Source of the DNA: Neovahlkampfia damariscottae
Lineage: Eukaryota
Assembly: GCA_016618085.1 (NCBI GenBank)
Contig: JABLTG010000028.1
Span: 1-64,000 of the forward strand
Length of the DNA: 64,000 nt
Direction: 5' to 3'
Program-made: the position numbers and the translations under genes
The notes under the pieces: generated by a model
The model's input: only the letters and a program-made list of their open reading frames with translations
Told to the model about the DNA's origin: nothing
Databases searched by the model: none
Shown: piece by piece, positions 1-9,918 of the stretch
How positions within the stretch are numbered: the first letter of the stretch is position 1
Layout: the number at the start of each line of letters is the position of its first letter

Positions 1-761
1 TTGATTATTATTTAGATGGTGATGAAATAAATATCTATGGTGGTAGTTTTGATTTATTTCAAAGAATTAAAGATTTGATCAAAACGCCGATTAGATTGAA
101 TTATCCACCAAGTTACAGAGAATTTTTGCAGAAACATGGAAATTTATTGATTACTGAACTTTGGATTTGTAAAAAACCTATTCAAAAAGCATTTGATAAA
201 ATTTTAAATATAATTTCATTTGGAAACTGGCAAAAGAAAAAAGATGAATTGAATTATGATGATTTATTTCATTTATTTGGAATTGCAAGATTGGCAACAA
301 ATCAATATGTTTTATTTGAAAAAAACCAGGTTTTGAATATTCAATTCGTTGATAAAAATTATTTCCTATCAGCAAAAAGTTTATTCATTTCAAATTATAA
401 GGATGTTGTTCCATTTAATTTAAATGCAATGCATGAAAGATGTTTGGAATTAATTGGACCTGAAGAAATGTTTTTGTATAGAGGTGGTTCAACGAATTGC
501 CAACATTTCATATTCAACATGTTCAAAGCAAGTGATTTAATGAACCCCGTGATTTCAGAGTTTGTAATGCAAGATGCAAAGAGTTTGGTTAGTTCTATGC
601 CTAATGTCGTTCAAAAATTTATCAATGGAGTTACAGATATTGCAAGTTTCTTTGATCATGTTTTGTATGGTGCTGCATTGATGAATGAAACCTCAAAATC
701 TCAGATTTTGAATTTGAGATTAGAAAAAAATAAATTTGGAGGTTCAATAATTTATATTTAA
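1..761 (+). CDS. Permuted papain-like (PPPDE/NlpC-P60-type) peptidase of the kind seen in Polinton-like viruses/virophages; 5' partial
   Basis: Frame is open from position 3. Motifs LFHLF, FEKNQVLNI and YRGGSTNCQHFI give His before Cys (NC motif). Confidence 0.6.
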   Translation, partial: DYYLDGDEINIYGGSFDLFQRIKDLIKTPIRLNYPPSYREFLQKHGNLLITELWICKKPIQKAFDKILNIISFGNWQKKKDELNYDDLFHLFGIARLATNQYVLFEKNQVLNIQFVDKNYFLSAKSLFISNYKDVVPFNLNAMHERCLELIGPEEMFLYRGGSTNCQHFIFNMFKASDLMNPVISEFVMQDAKSLVSSMPNVVQKFINGVTDIASFFDHVLYGAALMNETSKSQILNLRLEKNKFGGSIIYI

Positions 762-1621
762 ATTTTAAATGGATACTTAACAAAATTTCCATCAACAAAT
801 GAAACATAGAATTTATTCAAAACACTAATGTCAACTTTATCATCAGAATCAATGTATATAACTCGTTCTGATGATTCTCCAAGAGCTGATGCATCAAAGA
901 TATGAACATAACCAACTTGAAGCATTTCTACTTTTTTTCCAGAGACCATAACTTCCAATTTTTGATCTTTATTTTTGGTTTCGATATAAATTTTTGAAAG
1001 GTTACAAGAACGAATGAAATCACCATCAAAATCACGAGAAAATTCCCATTCAAAGAATGGTTCATTTAAGAATTCTTTTTTTAAATCAACTTCTTGATAT
1101 TGAAATTCGAGGGAATATTCTTTGAACAATGAAGTAATTTTGAATATGAACAATTCAGTTTCAATCTCACTGCAAGAAAAAGTTGCGTGGTAAACCAAAT
1201 CTTTGACATTTGTAACAGGAATTTTCCCTCCAAATGGTAAAATCTTCAATGGAGTTCTAAATACTACTTGTGTATTTAATTTTGAAGGTAAAGTTGATGC
1301 ATTTGATGGTCTTCTAACAGGTTGTAGAAATTTCAAATTTAAACTTTCATCTTTTGGATTACGGCGGAAACTCATTCCATTCACTGAAAGAGATTCTAAA
1401 TGAATGAAATTATCTAATTGCAATACCTGATCTAAATCAACATTTGTAGGTGATACTGATGTTTTTCTGATAATTTCAACATCAAATTCAACTTTACAAT
1501 TAATCCAAGCTGTTTCACTGATACTGTGATCGGTTGAAGGAGGTGGACAGCTGATTGAAACACTTAATCCTAAATTTTTTCCGTTGTATGGCTTTGCTCT
1601 GAAAATTTTGGAGAAACTCAT
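758..1621 (-). CDS. Virophage-type major capsid-like protein, unusually short (~287 aa)
   Basis: SVSISCPPPSTDHSISETAWINCKVEFDVEI recalls the virophage MCP N-terminus (F.CNPPS..TVLDR.VFI.V...I). FRTPLKILPF...VTNVKDLVY recalls EPLFLSPF...NV..L. Probable ATG is 1621 (MSFSKIF), after a TATATAA tract. Confidence 0.5.
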   Translation of the reverse strand: MSFSKIFRAKPYNGKNLGLSVSISCPPPSTDHSISETAWINCKVEFDVEIIRKTSVSPTNVDLDQVLQLDNFIHLESLSVNGMSFRRNPKDESLNLKFLQPVRRPSNASTLPSKLNTQVVFRTPLKILPFGGKIPVTNVKDLVYHATFSCSEIETELFIFKITSLFKEYSLEFQYQEVDLKKEFLNEPFFEWEFSRDFDGDFIRSCNLSKIYIETKNKDQKLEVMVSGKKVEMLQVGYVHIFDASALGESSERVIYIDSDDKVDISVLNKFYVSFVDGNFVKYPFKI

Positions 1622-1751
1622 TGAATTATATATTAACACAAAAAATCCTCTTAATTGAAAATAATTAATTATTTTATTTTTGAAAGTCATTGAATTTCAA
1701 TTAAAGACTTAAAAATATAAGGTATAAAAGTAATCAAAAAAACATCAGCAC

Positions 1752-2713
1752 ATGTCAGTTTTCCAAAACGCAAAAATTTATAAAATTTTAAACTCAGTTA
1801 ACCAAAAGTTTATGTAGGAAGTACAACAAAAGATTTATATACTCGTTTTAATGGACATAAAGCAACTGCTGAACGTGGTGATTGTATGAGTCGTGTTTTA
1901 TTTAGAGAAGACCGAGAAAATTGCAAAATTGAATTGATTGAAGATTATCCATGTAATAATGATATTGAACTTCGAAAAAGAGAAACTTTTTGGAAAGATC
2001 AACTTGATTGTGTGAATAAAAACAGACCAATCAGAACTGAAGAAAGTATAAAACAGTATCGTATTGATTATGCAGAAAAACATAATTTAAATGAAAAATT
2101 TGTTTGTGAATGCGGTGGAAGATATACAAAAAGAAATATCAAATATCATAAAAATACAGAGATGCATAAAAAATGGGAGAAAAAACAAATGCAATTAACT
2201 TGGAAAGATATACCAACAGAAATTGTAATTGAGCATATATTTCCTTGGGTAATGCAATTTAAATTCAGAGATTGTAAAATTCCAAGAATGCTTATTGATT
2301 ACACCAGAATTGAAAATCCAAACATGTTAGTTGAATACAATGAACTTGATAATTTCACTGCTGCTCAAAACTTACAAGGATTATTTGAAAAAATGAAGTT
2401 TAATTATATTTCAAATATCGATTTTCAAAATTATAAAGATAAGTTTTATTCAGTTCTCAAATATTGTAATGATTATGATCAAATGGATCGATTACCATTC
2501 TGTTTAATAATGGTGGAAGAAAGTAAAAATGAAGATGAAGATTTTATAACAGAATATTGCGATTTGGACTTTTATAAAGCTGAACTTTTAAATGATGAAT
2601 GGGATTTTTCAGAATATGAATTTTACTTGAAAGCATTACGTGATATCTCATTTCATGAACAATTATTTGATAAATTATTAGTTGAACGTAGTTTGTTGCT
2701 TGAAGCAAAATAA
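1752..2713 (+). pseudogene. Viral-type GIY-YIG endonuclease with a CxCG Zn motif, read through into an F-box-like domain; 1-nt frameshift at ~1805
   Basis: ATG 1752 gives MSVFQNAKIYKILNSVNQK. Adding one A restores VYVGSTTKDLYTRFNGHK...IELIEDYPC...ELRKRETFW...CVN, then VCECGGRY and WKDIPTEIVIEHIFPWV. Confidence 0.75.
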
Positions 2714-2776
2714 ATAAAAAATTTTTTTGTAATGATTTTGATTGGATAAAAAATTTTTTTTATTTATTCTTAATAT

Positions 2777-3013
2777 TTAATTGTATGGAAACCAGTTGCA
2801 TGAACGAATATTGTATTTTCCGAAAACTGTTTCAGCCATTTTCATATGATAAACTAAGAAACAATGAACTCCATGGTGAGCACCATTCCAAATATCTTCC
2901 ATTGATTTATATTCTTTGTTTGCATCCAATTCTTCCCAATATTGTAAGAAATTAACAAGTTTAGGATTTTCATCAATTAATTTTTTAAATTCAACGGAGT
3001 TCATTTGAGTCAT
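2777..3013 (-). CDS. Small hypothetical protein of the viral element (78 aa)
   Basis: Clean ATG ORF that shares its upstream motif with the GIY-YIG gene. Confidence 0.5.
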   Translation of the reverse strand: MTQMNSVEFKKLIDENPKLVNFLQYWEELDANKEYKSMEDIWNGAHHGVHCFLVYHMKMAETVFGKYNIRSCNWFPYN

Positions 3014-3261
3014 TTGTTTTTGCTTGTTTTTTATACTACTTGTTTTCTAAGTTTTTAATTTAATTAAATTGATTTTTAATTTTTACCCAATCAGCACAAA
3101 CTTCACTGTAAGAATATGAATAAATTCTTCCGATTTTAAACTCAAGTTTCTCCGACAAAATAATTTCAAAATTCCAAAAAAAGTCAAAAATTGTTGCCAA
3201 TCAAACTTTAGGAACAAATTTTTCACCAATAGCAACAATCTCAATTCTCACTTAAAACTTG

Positions 3262-3480
3262 ATGTCATTCACTGGAGGAGCTGATACTAAACAAATCGGA
3301 GAAGCTGTAAAGATTCGAGACCAAACTTCTAACAAGGAAGTCAAAAGAGAAGCAAACTTAATTGTGCATTCAGGTACAGACAGTGTCAACAAGTTTACGA
3401 AAAAAGAAAATCCTTTTTATGACCCATCTTACAAATATGATGAAAAGGCTCAAGATTTTATTGACAAAAACAAAAAATAA
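3262..3480 (+). CDS. Small hydrophilic hypothetical protein (72 aa)
   Basis: ATG ORF preceded by CCAAT boxes (~3198, ~3227) like host genes. Confidence 0.5.
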   Translation: MSFTGGADTKQIGEAVKIRDQTSNKEVKREANLIVHSGTDSVNKFTKKENPFYDPSYKYDEKAQDFIDKNKK

Positions 3481-4467
3481 ACTGTTTGATGTTTGGAGAA
3501 AATAAAATTTCATTAGTCATCTGCTTCGTTGGAGATACTTCTATGCTTTTTGTTTTCTGATGGCATTTTATTGTCGCTTATTTATTTTTGTGCGGAATGA
3601 ACAAAGGTCAAACTTGATGAATTTAATGAAAATTGGTCAATAATATAAATAGTAAAAATTGAACCAATTAATGAAACATTCAAATCAAGTCAGTGGGGGA
3701 AAATCCGAATGGAATTTTCATTTTAAATATGAAGACAAATAATTTGTAAGTGAGAAAATTCAATAAGTTTAATTGGATAAAAAAAACAAAAAATTGAGTA
3801 AGCAATTTTTATTCTGGTCTTCAACCATGCCCAAATTACCAAAAAAATAATTACAATCTCCTTAACTTTTTTAAACTTCAGGAAAAATCACTTATTTTTT
3901 CATCCACTCTGAACCTCCATTTTAAAAAAGTTATTTTAAAATCAATTACCTTCACTAATGAAATTAAATATACATCCTTTCAATCTCTTTACAACAACTT
4001 TATTCTACACTTCTTCATTTTATTTTTCAAATTCCAATTGTTAAAACAAAACCAGAATTTATAAATTCTCCGAAACCATGTTTGATTTCCAAATTTTTGA
4101 AAGTTTAATTGTAGCCGTTGGTTGTTATTGTTTCTTGATTTCCTGAACTGTTCATTTGATTAACGCACAGAGGTTTGTTTTATAATTTCTTTGGTTCTGG
4201 CTGCGATTGGTGGTTGGCTTTGTATTGGAATTTTTATATTGGTCCAGTTCCAAAATTTACTCTTAGTTTTAGGACATAGCCCCCCTACTACTGTAGCAGA
4301 TTTTTTGATGAAAATGATGTAGAATTAACTGTTATTTTTCCAAGTTTAGCCGCACAAACTGATATTATAGTGATTATTAGAACTGCTGAAAGAATTATAA
4401 TTAAAAATGGTGAATTTTACAATTTAAAAAAATAATTTATTTATATATATTTTAATATTATATTAAG

Positions 4468-4898
4468 ATGGAACAGTTAATAAACAATACACCTCATGTT
4501 TCAATATTATGTGCTCCACCTCAAAGTAGAAAACATATTTGATAAAATACTTGTTAAATGAAATGTTCAAGAAAAAGAAAGTTAAATATGGACTTGTATT
4601 TTGCCCAACAAAATTTAAGGGTGCATATGATTTTTTACCTAATGAATTTGTGCATTCAAGATATAATGAAAACACATTAATTAAATTTTACAATATTCAA
4701 ATTGCGCAACATTTGAAAAAGAAAAAGGCTGAATCTGCATTTGTTGTTTTTGACGATTGTATCGGTTCTATTAATTTTGATAGCAACCATTTTTCTCAAA
4801 TAGTTTCAACATTCAGACATCCAAATTTTACAATGATATTTGCAACTCAATATATTGCTAAAATTCCTCCCCGTAGTTTTTGTTGCCATAATTTTTAA
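4468..4898 (+). pseudogene. A32-like (FtsK/HerA) DNA packaging ATPase, frameshifted and 3'-truncated
   Basis: ATG 4468 gives MEQLINNTPHVSILCAPPQSRK (Walker A with G>R), then a frameshift to TYLIKYLL. Walker B FVVFDDC, FRH and ATQY follow; similarity ends after AKIPP. Confidence 0.8.
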
Positions 4899-5261
4899 CC
4901 ATCTAAAAAGCAATATAACAGACCAACAAAATGGCAGAACCAAAATGAAAAATTATGGATAACAAAAAGTAAGAAGGTAACTAAATTTTTCAAATGACAA
5001 AAACTGCCGAGTTGAGGCGCGAGCGGACATGAAAAATCTCTGAATGTTGGGGATTTGGTCGAAAAAAATAAAAAATCCGCGAAAATGGTCTTTTTTTACT
5101 TCCTTGGGATGAAAATTAAAAAAAGTTAAATTCCCAGCCGGACCTTTCCATTCTACTACTCTTTTCATTCTTTTTTTTCTATAAATTTGGATAAAAATTG
5201 AATAATTATTTTGTTTAAAAATACACCTTATTTCCTCCAATCAATTTTCGAATTTTAACAA

Positions 5262-5756
5262 ATGTCTGAAACTTATGTCGAGCTGGAAAAACAATTTTTT
5301 GTTGGTATTCCGTTAGACCCAAGTATTAACACAGAAAAAGAAATAATTCAAGGCTGTATTAAACTTCATCATGATACAAAACTTCTAATGATTCCATTTC
5401 TTGAAATTAAAACTGAATTACAACCTCCAGCTCCAACAACTTTTGCTGCCTTTACTAAACATGGTCTTTTAAGACTTTGTGGTTTTATTTTTGAAAATGA
5501 AGCAATTGGAAATGACTTTGCAAAAATCCAAAAAGATCTTGTAAAAATTCCTATTGAAAAATGCAAATATCTCACAATGACACATCACGGAGAAGTTGAA
5601 AAAAAAGATGATGTTTGGAGGGCTATATTCAAAATTATTGAAGAAAAAAAACTTACAGTTAATCCAACTTATACTTTTGAAACTTATACTGTCAATGAAC
5701 TTCATTCAACAGATCCATGTGACTGGAAGACAGAAATGTATCAGCCTTTAATTTAA
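5262..5756 (+). CDS. GyrI-like small-molecule-binding domain protein
   Basis: KYLTMTHHG...VWRAIFKII...FETY...DPCDWKTEMYQPL pattern; intronless; CCAAT at ~5237. Confidence 0.8.
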   Translation: MSETYVELEKQFFVGIPLDPSINTEKEIIQGCIKLHHDTKLLMIPFLEIKTELQPPAPTTFAAFTKHGLLRLCGFIFENEAIGNDFAKIQKDLVKIPIEKCKYLTMTHHGEVEKKDDVWRAIFKIIEEKKLTVNPTYTFETYTVNELHSTDPCDWKTEMYQPLI

Positions 5757-5869
5757 TAAAAGAAAAGTTTCATATTCAAAATTGCATTGTTTCTTTTCTT
5801 CAAAATTTAGAAAACAGATTTTCAAAAAGATACAAATGTTTCAAGAGAATATAGCGGTAATCAATTGTT

Positions 5870-7450
5870 CTATTCAATTTTTATTGAGATGTTTTCTAAC
5901 AATTTGAATTTTGCCATTTTCTGAATTTTTTGCAAGTCCTTTAATTCCTTCTTAACATAAACTATAACATTATCAATGTACAATTCAGGAATTTCTCTTG
6001 AATGTAATGGTATTCTTAATAAACAATTAAATGATTTATCCATTGGAACTGCAGGTGAATAGCTTCCTTGTAGTTCAAAAAAACCTTCATTTAACTTTAA
6101 TTGTTGACAGGTCATGTAGAATACTGAGCTTTTAAAGGGGAATTCTTCGATGTTCAATAATTTTTGAACATCATACATATAGGGTTTGTTCAATTTCCAT
6201 CCATTTTTTTTTATTCTCTGGGAAGGTAATTTTGGAATGAATGTGCAACTTTTGCTGTGAATTGATTCTGAATCTCTGAAAAATGTTGATTCAATTCTTT
6301 CATTGTTTTCATAGAAATAACTAATATCACCTGATGAATCAAATTCTAAACGGCTATTTTCTAATAAATCGATTGATATTTGATGAATTGTGGAAAATAA
6401 AATTTCAAATGTTGGTGATAGTGATGTGAAAAATTTGATCGTTGCAGGCTTGTTTTGATACATTTCCGGGATATTTTTCAATAAATCATCTCCAATTTTA
6501 ACAAATATAGAATCTTTTAACTTTAAATTTGGATGAGAAACAGTTGAATCAATTAAATCAATAGAGTTGTATGTTTCATTGAATCTCAAGTCAGAACTGA
6601 CTCCTTGGATGGATCCATTCAAATTCAATGAGTCATTAGAGTACCACCCACTATTCAAAGTGATAAGATTATCATTAAATCTAAATATCAAGTTTCCATT
6701 GAAGCTCAAATGTTCTGTTTCTAAATGTGAAAAATCATTAACAAATTTGAAATAACAAATATTTGTCTTAAACTGAGGTGGTTTAACTTCTGTTTTTTTA
6801 TCAATCAATGAAGCCATTAAATTTGATTTAATGCTAAACATCTGAAGAAAGGTTGATAAATTAGTGTTAAAACTTATTGGATCCAATATTTCACCAAAAT
6901 AATAATTTTCAAATTCATGGATTGAAATATTAAATTTTTTCCCTGAATAATTCATTAATAAATTAACATTGTATGAAAAAGTCAATTTGTGGTCCAGTGA
7001 ATCTTCTTCAAAATTGTAAATTGTTTCATCTGAAACAAATACGGTGAATTTTTTGAAAGTGAATTCAAATTTGTTTTTTGAATGAGTATAAAGTTGTAGT
7101 GGAAACAAAACAATTCTTGAAATTTCTTGTGATTTCTCACGGTTCAGAATAACATCTTTGAAGTCTGTAGAAGTATTTTCGAACTGTATTTGTTCACTTT
7201 CTTCATCTGTGTCAATTAACAGATCATCTTCATCATCAGATTCAATTGAAAAATCAGTTTCGATTCTGTGAATTTTCATATTGTTGAAATTAAAAAAAGA
7301 TAAATTTCGAGGAAGTAATATTTTGAGTTCTTGAAAAAATTGAGCAACTGAAATGTTGTTTTTCAGACGCAATATTGTATTTTCAGAGTTACTGTCATCT
7401 GAATAATCAAAATGAGTCACAGCATCAATGAATCTTTCACTAACAGACAT
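5870..7450 (-). CDS. Hypothetical beta-rich protein (~526 aa)
   Basis: Long intronless ORF; probable ATG 7450 just downstream of a CCAAT box at ~7462. Confidence 0.65.
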   Translation of the reverse strand: MSVSERFIDAVTHFDYSDDSNSENTILRLKNNISVAQFFQELKILLPRNLSFFNFNNMKIHRIETDFSIESDDEDDLLIDTDEESEQIQFENTSTDFKDVILNREKSQEISRIVLFPLQLYTHSKNKFEFTFKKFTVFVSDETIYNFEEDSLDHKLTFSYNVNLLMNYSGKKFNISIHEFENYYFGEILDPISFNTNLSTFLQMFSIKSNLMASLIDKKTEVKPPQFKTNICYFKFVNDFSHLETEHLSFNGNLIFRFNDNLITLNSGWYSNDSLNLNGSIQGVSSDLRFNETYNSIDLIDSTVSHPNLKLKDSIFVKIGDDLLKNIPEMYQNKPATIKFFTSLSPTFEILFSTIHQISIDLLENSRLEFDSSGDISYFYENNERIESTFFRDSESIHSKSCTFIPKLPSQRIKKNGWKLNKPYMYDVQKLLNIEEFPFKSSVFYMTCQQLKLNEGFFELQGSYSPAVPMDKSFNCLLRIPLHSREIPELYIDNVIVYVKKELKDLQKIQKMAKFKLLENISIKIE

Positions 7451-7781
7451 CAACTCCTTGACCAATCAATTCATTTCGACAATTTTAGTCAACGATTCTC
7501 AAGGAAAAACTCATCTTTTAGGTTTAATATTAAGAGAAACTGAAAGTACAATAAAAATTTTTTTCCAACACACCTTCCAATTCATCCTCATGACCAATCG
7601 AAATGCACCAAATTCGAAATCTATTTTTAGGTGTCCTGTTCAACAACAATTCGGTGTCGCACTATCATACACTTATCATACAAATGATTCAGGATTCGAA
7701 CAAAACTAAAAATAGATCACAATGCTTCCGATTGGTTCAAAAAAGTTATAAATAAACAATTTTTCACTGGTCTCAGAGACA

Positions 7782-9596
7782 ATGAAAGAGATTACAATAC
7801 CTGGTGATGGAAATTGTCAGTATCGTTCTTTTGCTTTTTGCAAAGAAGGAAATTCCCAAAATTATGCTTTCTACAAAGACAAAGCATTAAATTTTATTCA
7901 ACAAAACCCTCAAAAATTCTCAGATTTTATTCAAGAAGAAAATATTCCAAAGTATCTTGAAAGTATGGAAGTGGAAGGTGGTTGGGGTGATGAAATTACT
8001 TTACGTGCTTTGTCTGAAGCTTTTGAAACAACAATTTTTGTTGTTGGACCAAATACAACTTATGGAAACTAAAACCAAATTATCAATGGTATTTAGAAAT
8101 AATCATTACAATGCTTATGTTGAAGATGATTTTGTTGAAGTCGAACCAAATTTGAAACAAAACAAAAAAGAAAATAAAAAAAATAATTCAGATGAACAAT
8201 CATGTGAAAAAGGTTTACTTTTAATTGGAAGGTCTCAACAAGGAAAATCAACTTTCGGAAATTTAATTCTTATGAAAGAGATATTTGGTGTTGGTGATGA
8301 AATACAGCAAAAACAACAGAACAACAAAGTGGATGTATTGATTATGAAATTAATACTCTTGATGAATCTATTGATCCAGAAAAACTAGCTCTTATGACAT
8401 CGAAAGAAAAGATTGAAGAATTGATTCAAAAAAATACAACAAAAAAAACTATTAAAATTCATGTTCTTGATGGCCCAGGAGTGAATGATTCTGACAAAAA
8501 TAAAGAAGAACAAAATATGAATGATTTATTCAAGAAATTGTCGGAATTAAAAAAAAAGAAGGGATTTTCTTTGTCAGCTATAGTACTTTGTATTTCTGAA
8601 AATTCATATTTTGATGATCATCAAAAAGAAACTTTATTATTTTATTATAAAATATTTCCAGAAGTGTTTAAAACCAATTTTATTGTAGCTGTCACTAATC
8701 TTAGTTATGATGAACAAGTCATTGAAGATAGGTTGTTTGATAATAAAGATCATCCTGATGAGCAATTAAAGAAGGTTGAAAAGGAAATTAAGAATATTTA
8801 TAAGGGCTCTGAGTTTAAGATTTATGGAGTTGATAGCCGCCCAAAGCCAAGACAAGAAAAAGAAAAAGAGAGAGTGGCTCAAATAAGATGTGAAATTTTA
8901 GATGAAGTTGCAAAATTCCCAGGAATATCATTAGAATCTATGAAATTTCCAAAGCATCCACAACGTCTTGAAAGAGATTTAAAGAAAAGTGATTATCTTA
9001 AAGGTGTATTGGAAGGTGATCAAGAACCTTTAGAAGGTCTTGAAGGAGAAGAAAAAAGAACATTTATGGAAATGAATTCTTTAAAAATCAGACAAGATAT
9101 TTTAGATGAAAGAATACTTATGTATCGAAATAAATTGACTGCTCTTGATACTCAAGAAAAAATTCTTGTCCGCTCAGAAAATTTCAATGCACAACCTTGG
9201 CTTTTCTATGTTACTCAATATAAATTTAAAGAAGAATTCACTTTACCAATAGTAGATGTAAAAACAACTTACGGTTCTGTAGAATTTGATTGTCAAGGAA
9301 CAACAGTAACCGGAACTTGTTATGGTGGATTGTGGAAAAAATATTCTGGTCAACTCAAATTTTATACACTTTCCACGCATTACTATAAAGATGATATTGG
9401 AAAATTGACTTATTCAATTCAAATGATAATTGAAGAATTGTCAAGAAACAGCGATGAGATGAATAAAATTCAAGTTTCTAATAGTTTCTTGAAAGATATG
9501 ATTGATAAAAAGAGAGAAAAGAATTTAAAAATTATTAAAGAAATTAAAGAGCTTGAAAGTGAATATATTCCATTGGATACTTTTAATGAAAAATAA
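7782..9596 (+). CDS. OTU deubiquitinase fused to an AIG1/GIMAP-like GTPase and coiled coil; two frameshifts (~8070, ~8300), so pseudogene or assembly error
   Basis: OTU motifs IPGDGNCQYRS, WGDEITL and NNHY. GTPase motifs LLLIGRSQQGKST, VLDGPGVNDS and IVAVTNL. The three ORFs join with compensating +1/-1 shifts. Confidence 0.75.
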
Positions 9597-9918
9597 AGTT
9601 CAGTTTGACACCTTTAGAAGTTTTGATTGTTTGTGTTTTTGTTTTGAATTTTCATATCTCAGTCATTTTTCAGAATTTTTCTTTACTTTGATGTAGAAAA
9701 AGTGAAATTATACATCACCATGAAAGTGAAAACGATTACAAAAGAAACATACCTTCTACAAGATTAAGTTTAATTGATTGGTTAATGGAATATATTTTCG
9801 TTTATTTTTTATTGTGAATTCAAAAAAACAGTCACAAAAAGTTTCTTCAAAACAGAACCTTCAAATTGCTCATGATTGGATAAAATTATTCCACCAATCA
9901 ATAACTTGACAAAAAGTG

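Larger units (their letters stand above)
1..5160. mobile_element. Degraded endogenous virophage/Polinton-like virus region; right end at ~5160, left end outside the window, probably mosaic
   Basis: Intronless cluster of capsid-like, A32 ATPase, GIY-YIG and papain-like peptidase genes. A GC-richer non-coding stretch (~5000-5160) ends in CTACTACT, matching the AGTAGT...ACTACT termini of Polintons. Confidence 0.7.

Noticed and set aside
3500..4260. Possible snRNA/snoRNA in a long non-coding stretch
   Set aside because: No U1/U2/U4/U5/U6 or box C/D signature recognised; would need Infernal.
4953..5240. 95-aa minus-strand ORF
   Set aside because: Crosses the putative element terminus, has a non-ATG start and is likely spurious.
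7428..7709. 93-aa ORF
   Set aside because: Overlaps the start and promoter of the minus-strand gene and has no recognisable motif.
7685..7710. GTTCGAATCC T-loop-like motif on the minus strand
   Set aside because: No T-stem, anticodon arm or acceptor stem around it, so not a tRNA.
8060..8080. Euplotes-like programmed +1 frameshifting as a genome-wide feature
   Set aside because: Conserved genes here show no such shifts. Other shifts (1805, 4533, 40770, ~41905, ~42035) sit in homopolymers or decayed genes.
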